64,000 nucleotides of DNA from the human T2T-CHM13v2.0 reference genome, Homo sapiens. Of this stretch, positions 24,972 to 39,860 are shown one piece after another. The notes below the pieces were generated by a model. That model was given only the letters and a program-made list of their open reading frames with translations. It was not told where the DNA came from and made no database searches. The stretch lies in the NCBI RefSeq assembly GCF_009914755.1, contig NC_060944.1, one strand, 5' to 3'. Within the stretch, counting starts at the first letter, position 1, and every line of letters begins with the position of its first letter. The position numbers were made by a program, and so were the translations under genes.

Positions 24972-25885
24972 AAGGACAGTGACGGACAGTGATGGAAGGT
25001 GATGGACAGAGGAGGACAGTGATGGACAGAGGAGGGCAGTGATGGACAGTGACGGGCAGTGATAGACAGCAACAGAGAGTGGAGGACAGTGATGAACAGC
25101 AACAGACAGTGGAGGGCAGTGATGGACAGTGGAGGACAGTGGAGGATAGCAGAGGGCAGTGATGGACAGTAATGGACAGCAAAGGACAGTGAGGGACAGC
25201 AGAGGACAGTGATGGACAGCGGAGGACAGTGATAGGCAGCGGAGGACAGTGATGGACAGTGGAGGACAGTGATGGAGAGCAGAGGACAGTGATGGACAAT
25301 GGAGGACAGTGGAGGACAGTGATGGACAGTGGAGGACAGTGATGGACAGCGGAGGACAGTGATGGCGAGCGGAGGACAGTGATGGAGAGCGGAGGACAGT
25401 GATGGACAGCGGAGGACAGTGATGGCGAGCGGAGGACAGTGATGGACAGCGGAGGACAGTGATGGACAGCGGAGGACAGTGATGGAGAACGGAGGACAGT
25501 GATGGACAGCGGAGGACAGTGATGGACAGAGGAGGACAGTGATGGAGAGCGGAGGACAGTGATGGACAGCGGAGGACAGTGATGGACAGTGGAGGACAGT
25601 GATGGAGAACGGAGGACAGCGATGGACAGCGGAGGACAGCGATGGACAGCGGATGACAGTGGAGGACAGCGGATGACAGTGGAGGACAGTGGAGGACAGC
25701 GATGGACAGTGGAGGACAGTGATGGACAGCGGAGGACAGTGATGGACAGTAATGGACAGTGATGGACAGCGGAGGACAGTGATGGACAGCGGAGGACAGC
25801 GGAGGACAGCGATGGACAGTGGAGGACAGTGATGGACAGAGGAGGACAGTGAAAGACAGAGAAGGACAGCAATGGAAGGACAGCC
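24972..25885. repeat. Decamer satellite (GATGGACAGY / GGAGGACAGT), about 90 units, with a 20-bp higher-order period
   Basis: Visible 10-nt period; alternating units; more degenerate towards the left end. Confidence 0.97.
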
Positions 25886-26045
25886 ACCCCAGTCAGCACA
25901 AACGCAGGCCGAGTGGGGCCCATGCATTCCTGGGAGGACTGGCAAGCTGGGAAAGGCCTCCAGGGCAGGGAAACTCAGGAGAGTGACAGCTTGTTCAGGC
26001 CAGGACCTTGTGCATCTTCTCCTTTTTTCTTTCTTAGTAAACCCA

Positions 26046-26510
26046 GTGTATTCATTTTTAGCGGCTGCCATAACAAATTCCCATAAACTAGCGGCTTGAA
26101 GCCACGGAAGTTTATTACGTCACAGTTGTGGAGGCTAGACATCTAACATCCAGGTATGGGCAGGGTTGCACTGCCTTCGAAGCTCTGGGGAGGGTCCTTC
26201 CTGCCCCTCCCAGCTCCTGTGGCTCCCAGCGTCCTTAGCCTGTGGGCGTTATCGCTCTGGTCTTTGCCTCCACCTTTGCGTGACCTCCTCCTCTCCTGTG
26301 TGTCACTTGCTATGATGCTTGTGATGCCATTTAGGGCCCACCTATGTAATCCAGCATGCTCTCATGTCAAGATCCCTAATCACATCTGCAAAGAACCTTG
26401 CCCCAAACTCCTGGCTTCAAGCAATTCTCCTGCCTTGGCCTCCCAACATGCTGGGTTTGCAGGTGTGAGCCACTGTGCCAGGCCTAGATTTGGGGGCCAC
26501 CATTCAGTCG
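26046..26510 (-). mobile_element. MLT1 (MaLR) LTR interrupted by a short Alu-monomer fragment (about 26405-26485)
   Basis: GCTGCCATAACAAAT...CACAGTTGTGGAGGCTAGA...TTTAGGGCCCACC...CACATCTGCAAAG are typical MLT1 words. Confidence 0.7.
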
Positions 26511-29500
26511 CTGCTCTCCCACACCTGCAGCAGCCCCAGCCCGCCCGCAGGGCAGACCTTCCTTGTGGCAGAGACAACAGGAAAAGGAAAGGAAGAGGAA
26601 CCCAGGCCTGGGTTCCCGGCAGAGCTGTCCGCAGAGCCTGTGCGGGGCTGCAAAGGCCCCTCTGTTGTCACAACACCCCTGTCCCCGTTTCAGATGAAAC
26701 CGGGAGAACTTTCAACTGCAACAAACACTCCTGGAAAAGGAGAGGCCAATCCCCATGGCTCCACAGAGAGCACAGCCAGACCCCTTCATCCAGGCCCACA
26801 GGCAATGTTGTCGACTCTGTTCTTCCTTTGAAAAAAAAGGGTGCTGGTTGGTTTCCAGTTTACTGCAGACACACAGAGAGGCCCCTCTCTGGCTCAGAGC
26901 CTGGCCCGGGTCTCTCCAGTCCCAGCTTCTCCCTCCCGAAAGGAACGTCCTGCCCAACAATGCAACACGTGTGTGCACTCCCAGTGTGGGAATCAGGCTG
27001 AGCTGGACTTCAGGGGCAGCCCAGGATGCTTGCCTCGGGTGGGGCGTTTTCCCAGAGGTTTCTTGGGAGCTGCCTGGGAGTTGCCGCAGCTTCTTCCCAG
27101 CTGGCTTCAGCCCAGGCTTCCTGGGTGAGATTCTTGTTCCCTGGCCCCTCACGGTACGCGTGGTCCTGTTCCCCGCAATCCCCCACCCCCTTGAACTCCG
27201 TTCCCACACTCAGGACCCACCCAGATGCCAGCTCCCCGCAGAGCAGTGCAGCCCCCCACTTCCAGCCCTGACGGCACACACCCTGCCCCCCACCACCATT
27301 TTGGAATTGTTCTTCGCCAGAAATACCGTTTCCCACCCTGTCTTCTTATTCTCGGAGGCAGAGGCACTTCAGCTTCCTGGGCCGTCTGTCACTGAGTCAC
27401 CCTGGTTTCCATTGGCAGTGCCGCCTCTCCCTCACTCGGATGCTTCTGTGCAGCCACACGGGCTGTGTGTGCAACCTCAGGGGACGCATCAACCACGTCC
27501 TCGGGCTGGCCGTAGAGACATGGCCTCCGCCTGAGTGTGGCCGTCAGACTCTCCCTGGTACTATAAGCCCTCGGCTGAGGGGGCAGAGGGGCAGCTAGGA
27601 TCATGGCCGCAGCTCCCAGAGGGGAGCCCCCATCCTCCAGGCCGTCTTCCCGAGCCTGCTCCCCAGCCTGCGCCTTTCCTGACTTCCCTCCAGGCTCCTG
27701 TTGCTGGCGACCACAGAACCAGCCTCAGGGCTTTCCTGTCCTTCCTGTCAGGGGTCCTTTCCCAGTGGGAGCTCTGGGCGGGTGGGCCTGTCCCAGGAGA
27801 GTCACGTAGCTTGTTTAAGGAGAAGATCCCCATGGCTCTTGTGTGCACATGTGGGGCCTCTCTCCCCAGGGGCTGCTGTGAGCCTGGGAAGTCCCAGGTG
27901 GTGTCTCATGCCCCAGAGAGTAGCCCCCTGTGCACCTCGCACACGCCCTCCTGCGGGTCTGCTGACTTTCTCCTCTGCCTCAGCCAAGTCTCCCACGCGG
28001 AGCAGGTGGGAACTGAATGAAGGCCTCACAGGATTCTGAGTCCCCGGTCTGACACCCACCTGGCTCAGCACCTGCCTCCTCAGCTTCCAGTTGCACGGGT
28101 GGCCGCAGGCGTCAGGGTGTGACGGCGAGCGTGGCCAGTCCGGTCAGAGGTCTCTGCATCCTCCACACCTCTGGCCAGGTGAGACCCAGCCTGTGTCTCT
28201 CCCAGCTCTACTGACGGACGGCAGGAAGCTGAGACCCCGAGCCCGTGTGTCCTCGGTTCTTGGTGCTTTGCAATGCCCCTGGCCCTGGCTGCAGCCGCCC
28301 CCTGGCTGGGCCCCGAGCCTGTCTGCCCTGCAACACTCACCCTTCATGAAGAGGGAGCCTCAGCCGAGAGGAGAGCAAATAAGTGTAAGGGGAGAGGGTG
28401 CTTCCTGAGACACGCGGTGGGCCCAGGGCTCCTGCCTTGGCCATTCCGTCCATCTGTGGGAGGGCCTTGGCCTCTCTGCTTTTGGAGCAGGGCGCTGGGG
28501 CTAGGGGATTGCAGCCACAGCCACTCTACTGCACTGGTTGGGAGCTCGGATCACCTGGGTGCAGAGGAAGCTTTGACGGCAAGGGTTGGTGTGGCTCATC
28601 TCGCCCACCCCACAGCCATCGCCGCCCCGCAGACACCTCCGGATCCCGGCCTGCCGTCCCTCCTCCCGAGCCTACATTAGGCTCCATCCTTCCCCAGGCC
28701 CCATGCCACCAGCAAGAACAGCCCAGCCAATGCAGACTGCACCCCTCGGCCTCGGCCGGGACCGAGCACACTGCCCTGTGTGCTCTCCCTGGCCCCTGAG
28801 GCAGGTGGCCTGACCCCTGTCTTCAGAGGGGAAAGCTGAGTCTCGGGAAGGCCACACAGCCGAGGAGTGGGGGCAGAAAGAACCCAGCTCTGCGTCAGGC
28901 TGTGTCAAGCCGACATTTAGTGCCTAGCAGCAGCCACGGCCTCTGCAGGGCTTCCTGGAGCAGGTGTGGGCTCTTCCAGCACAGAGCATGGGCTGCACCA
29001 GCTTCGGGGTGCACCGCGTACAGGTTAGGGCTGTGGCTGTGGCTGCTGGCTGACACCAGGAGTAAACGTGGACACCAGACTAGCGCAGCCTAGACCCAGC
29101 TGGGTGGCAGGTGCTGCCAGTGCGTCTCGAGGGGGCAGCAGGGTCAGCTGCAGATGAGGCTGCCCCAGGACTGGCTGCCAGCCCTCAAAGAGCCCCCTGG
29201 GTCCCCCTGGCACAACTCTCTGCATGAAGCCCCCAGCAGGAGAAGGGCTCACTGCCCTGAGCCCGACACAGTACGAGACGGAGGCCTCACTGAGTCCAGG
29301 CCCCGCACTGGCCCTCCCCTGGATCCTGAGTCCAGGCCCCAAGCCAGCCCCTCCCCTGGATCTCCCCAGACCCTCTCTGTGGGAACCCAGGGGCTGGAGC
29401 CGCTCGACTACATCTTGGTAGCTCTCATTTGGGACCTCATCTTTAATCTCAGCAACTCAGGGATCAAAGAGAAAAGGCTGAGGCAGGCGAGGCCAGGGTT

Positions 29501-29711
29501 TCTTGCTCAAGCATTCGGATCATTAAACAAACGAAAAAAATCAAAGAGAAGGAAAGCCAGGCTGCTGCCTGTGGATCTGTCTGCCCTCCCCGGAGGCCAG
29601 CGCCGCACGCCCCTCCCTCCCTCTCTCTCCCTCTCCTCTCTCTGGCTCTCCTGATGGAGGCCCCACATGGGGTTAGGATTCCCAAATGTCACATGAATCC
29701 AGTGTTTGGGG

Positions 29712-30060
29712 AGTGTCTCGCTCCGTTTGTGTTGCTGTAACAAATGCCTTGGACTGGGTTGTGTTTAAGAACTGGGTTTTTCTGGAGGCTGGAAGTCCAG
29801 CACTGAGGCAGGAGCAGGGTCGCTGCTTGGTGAGGGCTGCTCTCTGCTTCCAGAAAGCGCCTGATTGCTGCTTCCTCCAGAGAGGACGAAGGCCGTGGCC
29901 TCACATGGTGCAAGGTGGGAGGGTGAGAGGGTGCTCCCTTCCCCTGGATCCCATTCACAAGGTGCTCGTCCCATTCTCCCAGAGGCCACAGGTCTAAATG
30001 CTGTTGCGGGGGGGACTCGCTTTCAACACAAATTTTGGAGGAGATGTCACTCAAACCAGA
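29712..30060 (-). mobile_element. MLT1A/MST-type MaLR LTR fragment
   Basis: GTTGCTGTAACAAA...TCTGGAGGCTGGAAGTCCA...CCTCACATGGTG...TTTCAACACAAATTTTGGAGG. Confidence 0.65.
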
Positions 30061-30282
30061 GCAGGAAGTGTGAGGAAGGACTCAGGAGTGCCCCCCGGCC
30101 GCGTCCTGGCTTTGGAAGCACAGGAAGCGCCTGGCAGCCTCGCGTTCTCCTTGCCCTCATTAGTTTGATTTTGCTTGAGGAGGACACACCAGTGCCCCCT
30201 CCCCAGTCTCTGCCCCTCCCTCTTCCTGCCAGAGCCCAGGAGGCCCCATCCTGCACTAAGAAGCCCCCACAGCAGCCGTAGC

Positions 30283-30518
30283 AGGGACGTCCTTCCCCAC
30301 CGTCCTCCCGTCACCTCGAGGGACTTCCTTCCGTCCCCACCGTCCTCCCGTCACCTCGAGGGACTTCCTTCCGTCCCCACCGTCCTCCCTTCACCTCGAG
30401 GGACTTCCTTCCGTCCCCACCGTCCTCCCATCACCTCGAGGGACTTCCTTCCGTCCCCACCGTCCTCCCTTCACCTCAAGGGACTTCCTTTCGTCCCCAC
30501 CGTCCTCCCATCACCTCG
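30283..30518. repeat. 40-bp VNTR, about 6 copies (C-rich)
   Basis: Unit AGGGACTTCCTTCCGTCCCCACCGTCCTCCCGTCACCTCG. Confidence 0.95.
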
Positions 30519-30575
30519 TTTACTTTTCAAGAACCCTTGGAGGAAGCGACCATCCATTCTCCTATTCTGCAGATG

Positions 30576-30785
30576 AGGAGACAGGGGTGGTGACGCGCTG
30601 AGTGACTTACAGGAGACGGGGGTGGGGACGCGCTGAGTGACTTACAGGAGACGGGGGTGGGGACGCGCTGAGTGACCCTCAGGAGACGGGGGTGGTGATG
30701 CGCTGAGTGACCCTCAGGAGACGGGGGTGGGGACGCGCTGAGTGACCCTCAGGAGACGGGGGTGGGGACGTGCTGAGTGACCCCA
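30576..30785. repeat. 35-bp VNTR, about 6 copies (G-rich), embedded in MIR-like sequence
   Basis: Unit AGGAGACGGGGGTGGGGACGCGCTGAGTGACTTAC / ...GACCCTC. Confidence 0.95.
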
Positions 30786-31110
30786 CAGCTCAGAAGTCGA
30801 AGGGCTGAGTTTCATTCCAGGTCCTGGGACCCCCAGTCCCCAGGGTTGGGGCTCTGGCAGCGCCTCCTCACCCCGGCGTGGGAGCGAACAGCATAGGACG
30901 CCTGAACTGCAGGTGCAGAGAGGACACCTGGACTGCAGTACAGAGAGGGCGCACCTGCAGACAGGTGGGGGCCCTCAGTAGGAGACACCTGTGTGCAGGC
31001 AGTAAGCTGCACCTCGTCACTAGTCACCCACGGGGCCACACACAGACCCTCCTGCTCCCCTGAAACCCCCTCCTGCTGGCCCCCAGTCAGTGCTTCTCCC
31101 CCAGAAGGAG

Positions 31111-32144
<1,034 letters not shown>

Positions 32145-32984
32145 AGAGCAGGCATCGGCCCCTGCCCAGCACTGGTGGGTCTCGCCTGTTCTGGGGGATC
32201 CATGTAAGTGGATGGCGCAGCCCAGACCATGTCCAGTGTGGCGTGAGACTCATCTGTGTCCTGGTGGCAGTGGTCTGCTTGTTTGTGTGGCTGCGCAGTC
32301 CTTAAAGACGTGGACACCTGGCCGTCCACTTGCCATGCCCCCGTGCATTTTCTGGTTGCTTCGGCTGCTGGCTGTAGTGGGGACGGCGGCTGTGAGCCTT
32401 CTAGACTGTGCTGCTCGGGAACTCCAGGGCCAGGCACATGCCTAGCTGTCCCTGTGTCTCCAGCACACGAGAGGAGGCATGTGGCTTCTCCGGGCTCAAA
32501 AACACACCGAGTCTTCCTGCTGCCGGGTCTTTGCTTCCCTTGCTTCCTCACTACCCCGCAGCGCCCAGGGCAGGGCCAACGCCTGCACTGGGGCCCACAA
32601 GCCTGCTCTTTGTGGCGCTCACTGCCGTCCGTCTGATCATCCCTTGAAGGGGGACACTCCGAGTTGTGCCTGCCCCCCTACATACTCCCAGCGCAGAACC
32701 TGGAACCAGCAGACGCTCAAAAATGTCAATGTTGAATGAATCGACACTGGCCGTGTTGGATGACTAATTAGCAAAGTCATCTCAAAACAGAGATGTGAGT
32801 TGGGGACCCAGTGAGCATTCCTCAAAGTCTCTAAAGAAACAGATCTCATTTCTGAGACCTGGCCCAGCTAGAGCTGCCTGATATGAACCTGGGATTTCAA
32901 GAGCTCCTGTTTCATCCTTAAAATGCACTTGAATTTCACTTTGTAATGTACTTAAGGTTGTTTTAATATTGAAACAATGTTATT

Positions 32985-33287
32985 TTTAGTTTATTTTTCT
33001 AGATGAAGTCTCACTCTGTCGCCCAGGCTGGAGTACATTGGTGCGATCTCGATCTTGGCTCACTGCAACCTCCACCTCCCCGGTTCAAGCAACTCTCCTG
33101 CCTCAGCCTCCTGAGTACCTGGGATTATGGGTACCCACCACCATGCCTAGCTAATTTTTGTTTTTTTGGTAGAGACAGTGTCTTATCATGTTGGCCAAGC
33201 TGGTCTCGAACTCCTGACCTCAGGTGATCTCCCTGCCTCGGCCTCCCAAAGTGCTGGGATTGCAGGTGTGAGCCACGGCACCCAGCC
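32985..33287 (-). mobile_element. Alu (S/J)
   Basis: Full antisense Alu; GAAACAA flanking repeat. Confidence 0.9.
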
Positions 33288-34519
33288 TGAAACAACATTT
33301 TAAACTGCTAATCAGGCCTACAGTTTATATGCCTCTGCACAAGCCCTGCCCCCCTTTCCTGGGCAGGGGTGGGGTGGGGAGATGTCTCAGTGCCCCCATA
33401 GCCCAGTCCTTTCTCTCCCCCCACCCTCCCTGCCCCGACCCTCACACTGCCCCGTCCTGCAGGAGAGAGGCATCCCAGTTTGGGAAGCTGGTAATGCCCA
33501 CCACTCGGTCACCAGTGTTGGTACCGCTCTGGCTGTCGGCAACTGGCTGGGCCTGGGGACACATGGGAACAACTCCGATCACACAGGAAGAGTTTCCCGG
33601 TCCCTCGGGACCATGGAAGCCCAGCCACACAGCACCGGTTTGAGGCAAGGCTCTCAATACCTCGCCCTCCGTGCCCAACACCTTGGTCTTCTGCTAGGGG
33701 TCCTCACAGTCTGGGGAAACTGAGTCCACATGGGCCTCAGGGCTGGAGCTTGGAGCCCAGGGCACCCAGTCAGCACATTCTATCCTCCTGGCCGGTGATT
33801 GTTTGGAAGTGGACACATGACCCCAGCTAGGCCCATCAGGGTGGAGCGTGAGCTTTCAGCTGGGATGCCGGTGCAAGGCTACTTTCTCTTGCTGGAGGCG
33901 AATCATGAAGCTTGCAGCCTTAGAAGCTGCCAGAAGCATCCTGGGGTCTCAGGATGAAGACGGAACTGCAAACATACACAGAGAATCCTGGTTCTCAGCA
34001 ATAGTGCTGAGCTGCTGGATCAAGCCACACCTGAAATTGAACTTTGTTCTAGAATTTTCATCACACAAATCAATACATTCCCTTTGCTAAGCCATTTGGG
34101 GTTGAGATTTTTGCCTCTAGCAACTAGAATCTGGAAAGATTCCTGGCTAAGATACGCATGGGAGGGTCCAAAGCAGGAGGACCCTGCGGGTCCAGCTGTC
34201 ACAGCCCCAGGATCTGAGCTACCAGTTCTGCAATCTGAGAAGCTGGCCTGGTCTCAGCACATTCTTAGCTGTGACTCCTTAGCCGCTGTGGCCACACATA
34301 ATTCAGCACAGCTGCAAGTTTCTTGGAGCTCAGGACAGAGCGGCTCAGCATTTTCGAGGAACATTTGTACTTCTGGGTGACTTACACACCCTGACATTCT
34401 TCCCATTTCCTTCTGTCCTGGGCCCCAGTTCTTCTGGACGCCACGCACAGGCAGCAGAAGTGGGGGCAGACGGGGCTGGAACCAGCCAGGTGGAGTCCCA
34501 CCATGCAGCAGGCCAGAAG

Positions 34520-34865
34520 CCAGGACCAAGGCAGCACCGTCGTGGGCAGCCCCGGGCCAACCCCACGCGCTTCTCTCCAGGACCCAGGCGGCACCGTCGT
34601 GGGCAGCCCCGCACTAACCCCACGCGCTTCTCTCCAGGACCCAGGCGGCACCGTCGTGGGCAGCCCCGGGCCAACCCCACGCGCTTCTCTCCAGGACCCA
34701 GGCGGCACCGTCGTGGGCAGCCCCGGGCCAACCCCACGCGCTTCTCTCCAGGACCCAGGCGGCACCGTCGTGGGCAGCCCCGGGCCAACCCCACGCGCTT
34801 CTCTCCAGGACCCAGGCGGCACCGTCGTGGGCAGCCCCGGGCCAACCTCACGTGCTTCTCTCCAG
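34520..34865. repeat. 57-bp CpG-rich VNTR, about 6 copies
   Basis: Unit CCAGGACCCAGGCGGCACCGTCGTGGGCAGCCCCGGGCCAACCCCACGCGCTTCTCT; 19-aa period in ORFs. Confidence 0.96.
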
Positions 34866-36373
34866 ATACAGGACAAAGCTGTTTCAGAAGGACCTGGTGG
34901 TGGAAGATGATCAACAGGAGACAAAAATGGGCAGAGAAAAACACAGGCATCCACAGGACACACCATGGCCAGGCCGTGTTTGCTTGGCCTCACCACCATT
35001 AAGATGAGAAAATTAAACAGCGATGGCGACGCGTGTGCTTAGAGCCCGGCGGAGACAGCCCCCTTGGTAATGGCAGCCAGGGAGGGGACGCAAGGAACAG
35101 GCACACTCCCATCAGCGCATCTGGCACAGGGGTTTGGAGGACAATTTGGTGGACTCTCCCAGAACTTACCTGGCACTTCCACCTCTAGAGGTCTATGTTG
35201 TGGAAATACTCGCACAAACAGAGAGAGGTCACCGCACAAAGATGTCCAGTGCAACATCGAAGGTAAAACAAAGTAATGATGATTGTGACAGGAGAGTCCT
35301 GTCTTCCAATCAGAGGCCAGTTAGAGAACGTAAGAGACCTCAGTGGTTAAGATGAACAAGCCTCTGCTATAGAGGGGACGCAAGAAAGCCACCAATCAAG
35401 GTGTGAGTAGCAGGGAAGCCCAGGCCGTGTGCCTGTTTATGCAGAAGACAAGATCTGGGCAGGTCCACCCCAAACTGCTGGCCGTGCTCCCTCTGGAGGT
35501 CCTGCCCAGGACCAAAGGGGCTTTCAAGCCTCCCAGGGGCACCCCCATGGTGCCCTGGGGTTGTAGAATGCCTCCTTCCTGAAAGCCCCACCTGCAAGTC
35601 AGCTCCCCTGCCTCACTTCTTCCCCCCGTCACCGCTCAAGCTGGCTGTGACTGTGGTGGCAATGCAGGACCCAGCAGTTGAGCTACAGGAATTTCCCTGG
35701 AGCTGCCTCTGTGTGAGCCCTGGCCGGACACACCAAGAGACAGGGAGAGGGCGAGGGGATGAGCCAACCCTCCAGCAACTCCCAGACAACGGGGCAGGGC
35801 AGGGCCAGGGGAATGACCAGAATTCTCTCAAGTGGAGGGTGCAGAGGGCGTGGGTGAGTGAGCAGGGGCTGGAGGCCCCCAGCAGCTGCACGAGAGGGCG
35901 GGGCAGAGACAAGACCAGAACCCAAGTTCCTAGGAGGCCTGGAATGATGAGTTTATTCCTGGGATTTTATTCCTAGGATGATGGTGCTGAGCGAGGTCTG
36001 GGCAGAAAGAAGGAACTTCTGGGCAGGAGAACTTCAGGGGACTCTACCATGAAGTGTGGAGCGCTGAGCAGGGAACAGCCTGAGCATGGAGCAGCCCAGC
36101 GAGTGTGGGGCTCTTTCTGGCTTTGGCTCAAGGTGACCTGACTTGCAGGTTGATGCTGGTGATGGAGAGGGTTGGAGAGAGAGAGGCGACGATCCAGAAG
36201 GATTTCCCCTTTGCTATGCTGCTGGCCTCTCCCCTTCACCCCAACTAAGAGGTGCTGGCACCCATCACAGCACATGGCAGCCGGAATGCCAGCTGGGAGG
36301 GCTGCTGTCGTAGGTCAGGTTCCCTGGAGGCTGAAGACAGGGATTGCTGTGCCAGTGATTCTTTGGGAGGTGC

Positions 36374-36722
36374 TTGTCTTAATCTGCTCGGGCTGCTGTA
36401 AGAAAATCCACCAGGCTGTGTGGCTTGTGAGCAACAGAAATTCATTTCTCACAGTTCTGGAGGCCGGAAGTCCAAGATCAAGGCATCGGGATATTCTGGG
36501 CTGGGCGAGGGTCTGTGCCCAAGAGCCGGCACCTCCTCTCTGTGTCCTCACATGGGAAAGGCGTCGGGTCTCTCTGGGGCCCCTTTTATGAGGGCACTCA
36601 TCCCATTCATGAGGGCTCTGCCTTTGACCCCTCATCACCTCCCAAAGGCCTCACCTCCTGAAACCAGCACACTGGCGGTTAGGATTTCAACGTGGGAATT
36701 TACAGGAACGCCGACATTCAGG
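36374..36722 (-). mobile_element. MLT1A-type MaLR LTR
   Basis: TGTCTTAATCTGCTCGGGCTGCTGTAA...CTCACAGTTCTGGAGGC...ATCACCTCCCAAAGGCC...GGATTTCAAC. Confidence 0.72.
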
Positions 36723-38939
36723 CGTGCTCCCTGGAGAAAGGTGGGTGGAATGCAGGATGGGAGGAGCTGAGCTGGGAGGGGCTCTCAGCCACATGCATGG
36801 CCATGTGTGCTGGGCTGAGCCACAGGAATGAATGGGCTAAGCCTCAGTTTTCAAGGTGAGCTCCGAGTCCGGGGGAGACTAAGGGCTCTGGTGACGCTAC
36901 GGCCAGATGTGCCTCTCATGGGGGCCTGGAGCCCTGGACAGTTGACGAGACTAAAAGTCATTTCAAGATGCCCATTGGTTCTGCCATGCAGGAGGGTCCA
37001 GGCCACTCCTTAGACGAGACAACAGGGCTTCCCAAGAGCTGCACAAATTGCTGGAGTGGGAGGGTGCTTTGACCGCGCAGGGGCCCCGACCCTCTGGCTA
37101 TGCTGGAGGCATTCCAGCAAGGCTGGCCCGGAGCCTCTGGGGTGGGGGTGGCCTGGAGCCCCATCTGTGTGCTGCTGCCACCCACTGTGGGACTTTGGGC
37201 ATGTCTCTCCATAGCCTTAGCCCCTGCCCTGACAGTTGTGCAAGGTGTGGATGCAGTGGGACCTGCCTTGCAAGGAAGCCCTAGGAGGGTGGCTGCCCTT
37301 GGGGATGCCCCATAACTGACCCAGTATGGTGACCCTAAGCTGATGAGCCTGAAGGCATGTACCCATACATGCAGTACAAATGTACGCATACACACACATG
37401 CACATATACACACATTGCACATACATGTGTGTACACACCCCAGCATTGGGTAGCTCTAGCTGTTCCTCAGGCTCTGCCACCCCTGCTGGGAGCTGGCTGG
37501 ACCCTGTAGACCAGGCTGACTGGCTGTGAGGCCCATACAGGGTCACAGAGGACCTGTGCTCAAGGCCCTGCCCACTTTCTCTGTTCCTTGTGTTTAGAAT
37601 GAAACCTCTGTGGTTCTCACCCCTGCAACTGACGCTGTATCTCCCCATCCCAGGGCCCACCTGGTCCTGGCCCAGCGGACAGCTGGCTCCACAGACCCTC
37701 CCCTTCTATTCCGAAGACTGGGTGCAAACCTTCACACCACCACTTACCATCTTTTTCACTTTGGGCAAATTATTGAATTGTACTGTGCCTCGGTTTCCTC
37801 ATCTGAACAATGGGTTCACATCGGAGTGCACGGTTGCGCGGTTTAAATATGCTCTTCCTCATCGAGCCCAGGGCTGAAATTCTGGCAAGTGCTCAGCCAG
37901 TGTAGGCCTCTGGCTTGAAAGGGAAATTGGAGACCTTGTTCCACAGATGGATGACCTGAGTCTGGGGAAAGGCAGTGCTTTGCTGCAGGTCCCACAACTT
38001 CACAGGTGACCTGGACTCCTGCCTGGCTCACAGCAGCTTCGTTCCTGCTCACCTGCCTGTGCCCCAGGCAGCTCTGCACAGCCATTTACTAGGAAGTTCT
38101 CATTTCACTGTTTTTGTATTATTCTGTTTGATTTTATTCACATCAAGACCTTCAAGAGCCTCGGGGAGGAAAGCACAGAGACGATCACATTACTATAACT
38201 GAAAATTAATGGACTGCTGGCACTTCCAGAAGAAAAACAAATTACCTAAATATTTTAGATGGGAAAATAGAACGTTTTCAATTGGCAGCTGCAGGTTCCG
38301 CCCTATTCCCCACTCCATTGCCAGATCCCACCACTGTGAGCGAGCTTTGGCCCCTCTGTGAGTTGGCCTCTGCAAGCCTTGAGATTGCAGAGAGAGGCGA
38401 GGCTGCTGTGGATGCTGTGGGGCAGCAGGCTACCCTGTCTTTGGAAGGGCCATGCCTCTAATCTGAGCTTTAGGAACTGGGGCGGCCTTGCTCTGGGGGG
38501 TGGAGATAGCCCCAGACCTCCCAGAGTCCGGGTGGGCCTGGTTGATGAGACAGCACTCTGACTTACTTGCTTTACAATCAGAAAACTGCAAGTTCAGCTT
38601 CCACTGACTGTTTGGTTACCCAATGCCAGATGTTGGCCCCAACTGTGCCCCTTCCAAGACTGCCTTCCCTTTTCCTCTCCTCCTTTTCAGCTTCTCAACC
38701 TTCACAGTCTGCCTCTTCCAGGCAGCCCACTGTGACTAATCCAGCACATGGCTCCCACTCTCTGAACTGATGGTACCCACACAGTCCTGACCACGAGATC
38801 GGTGCTGAAATCTACACTGTTCCAACTGCCACTTGTGTAGATGCTGCTGGTGCCTGTGCACGTCACCTTGGCCCTTTCCTTTTTGTGCACACCAGTGGTT
38901 TCTTACTGCAAGAACTGGCGACTCCCTCCTGAGGGCAAA

Positions 38940-39860
<921 letters not shown>

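Larger units (their letters stand above)
21990..29545 (+). ncRNA. Probable lncRNA region antisense/divergent to NKAIN4 (recalled as FLJ16779)
   Basis: Mainly recalled locus annotation; sequence support is limited to the CpG-island start and ATTAAA 29522-29527 followed by an A-rich stretch; boundaries uncertain. Confidence 0.3.

Noticed and set aside
24972-25885. CRISPR-like or engineered array
   Set aside because: Contiguous units with no unique spacers, no cas genes, human context and edge degeneration typical of a natural satellite
34345-35002. ORFs with PGPRRHRRGQPRANPTRFS or collagen-like GSPGP repeats
   Set aside because: Translations of the 57-bp VNTR; no splice or promoter support and no true Gly-X-Y register
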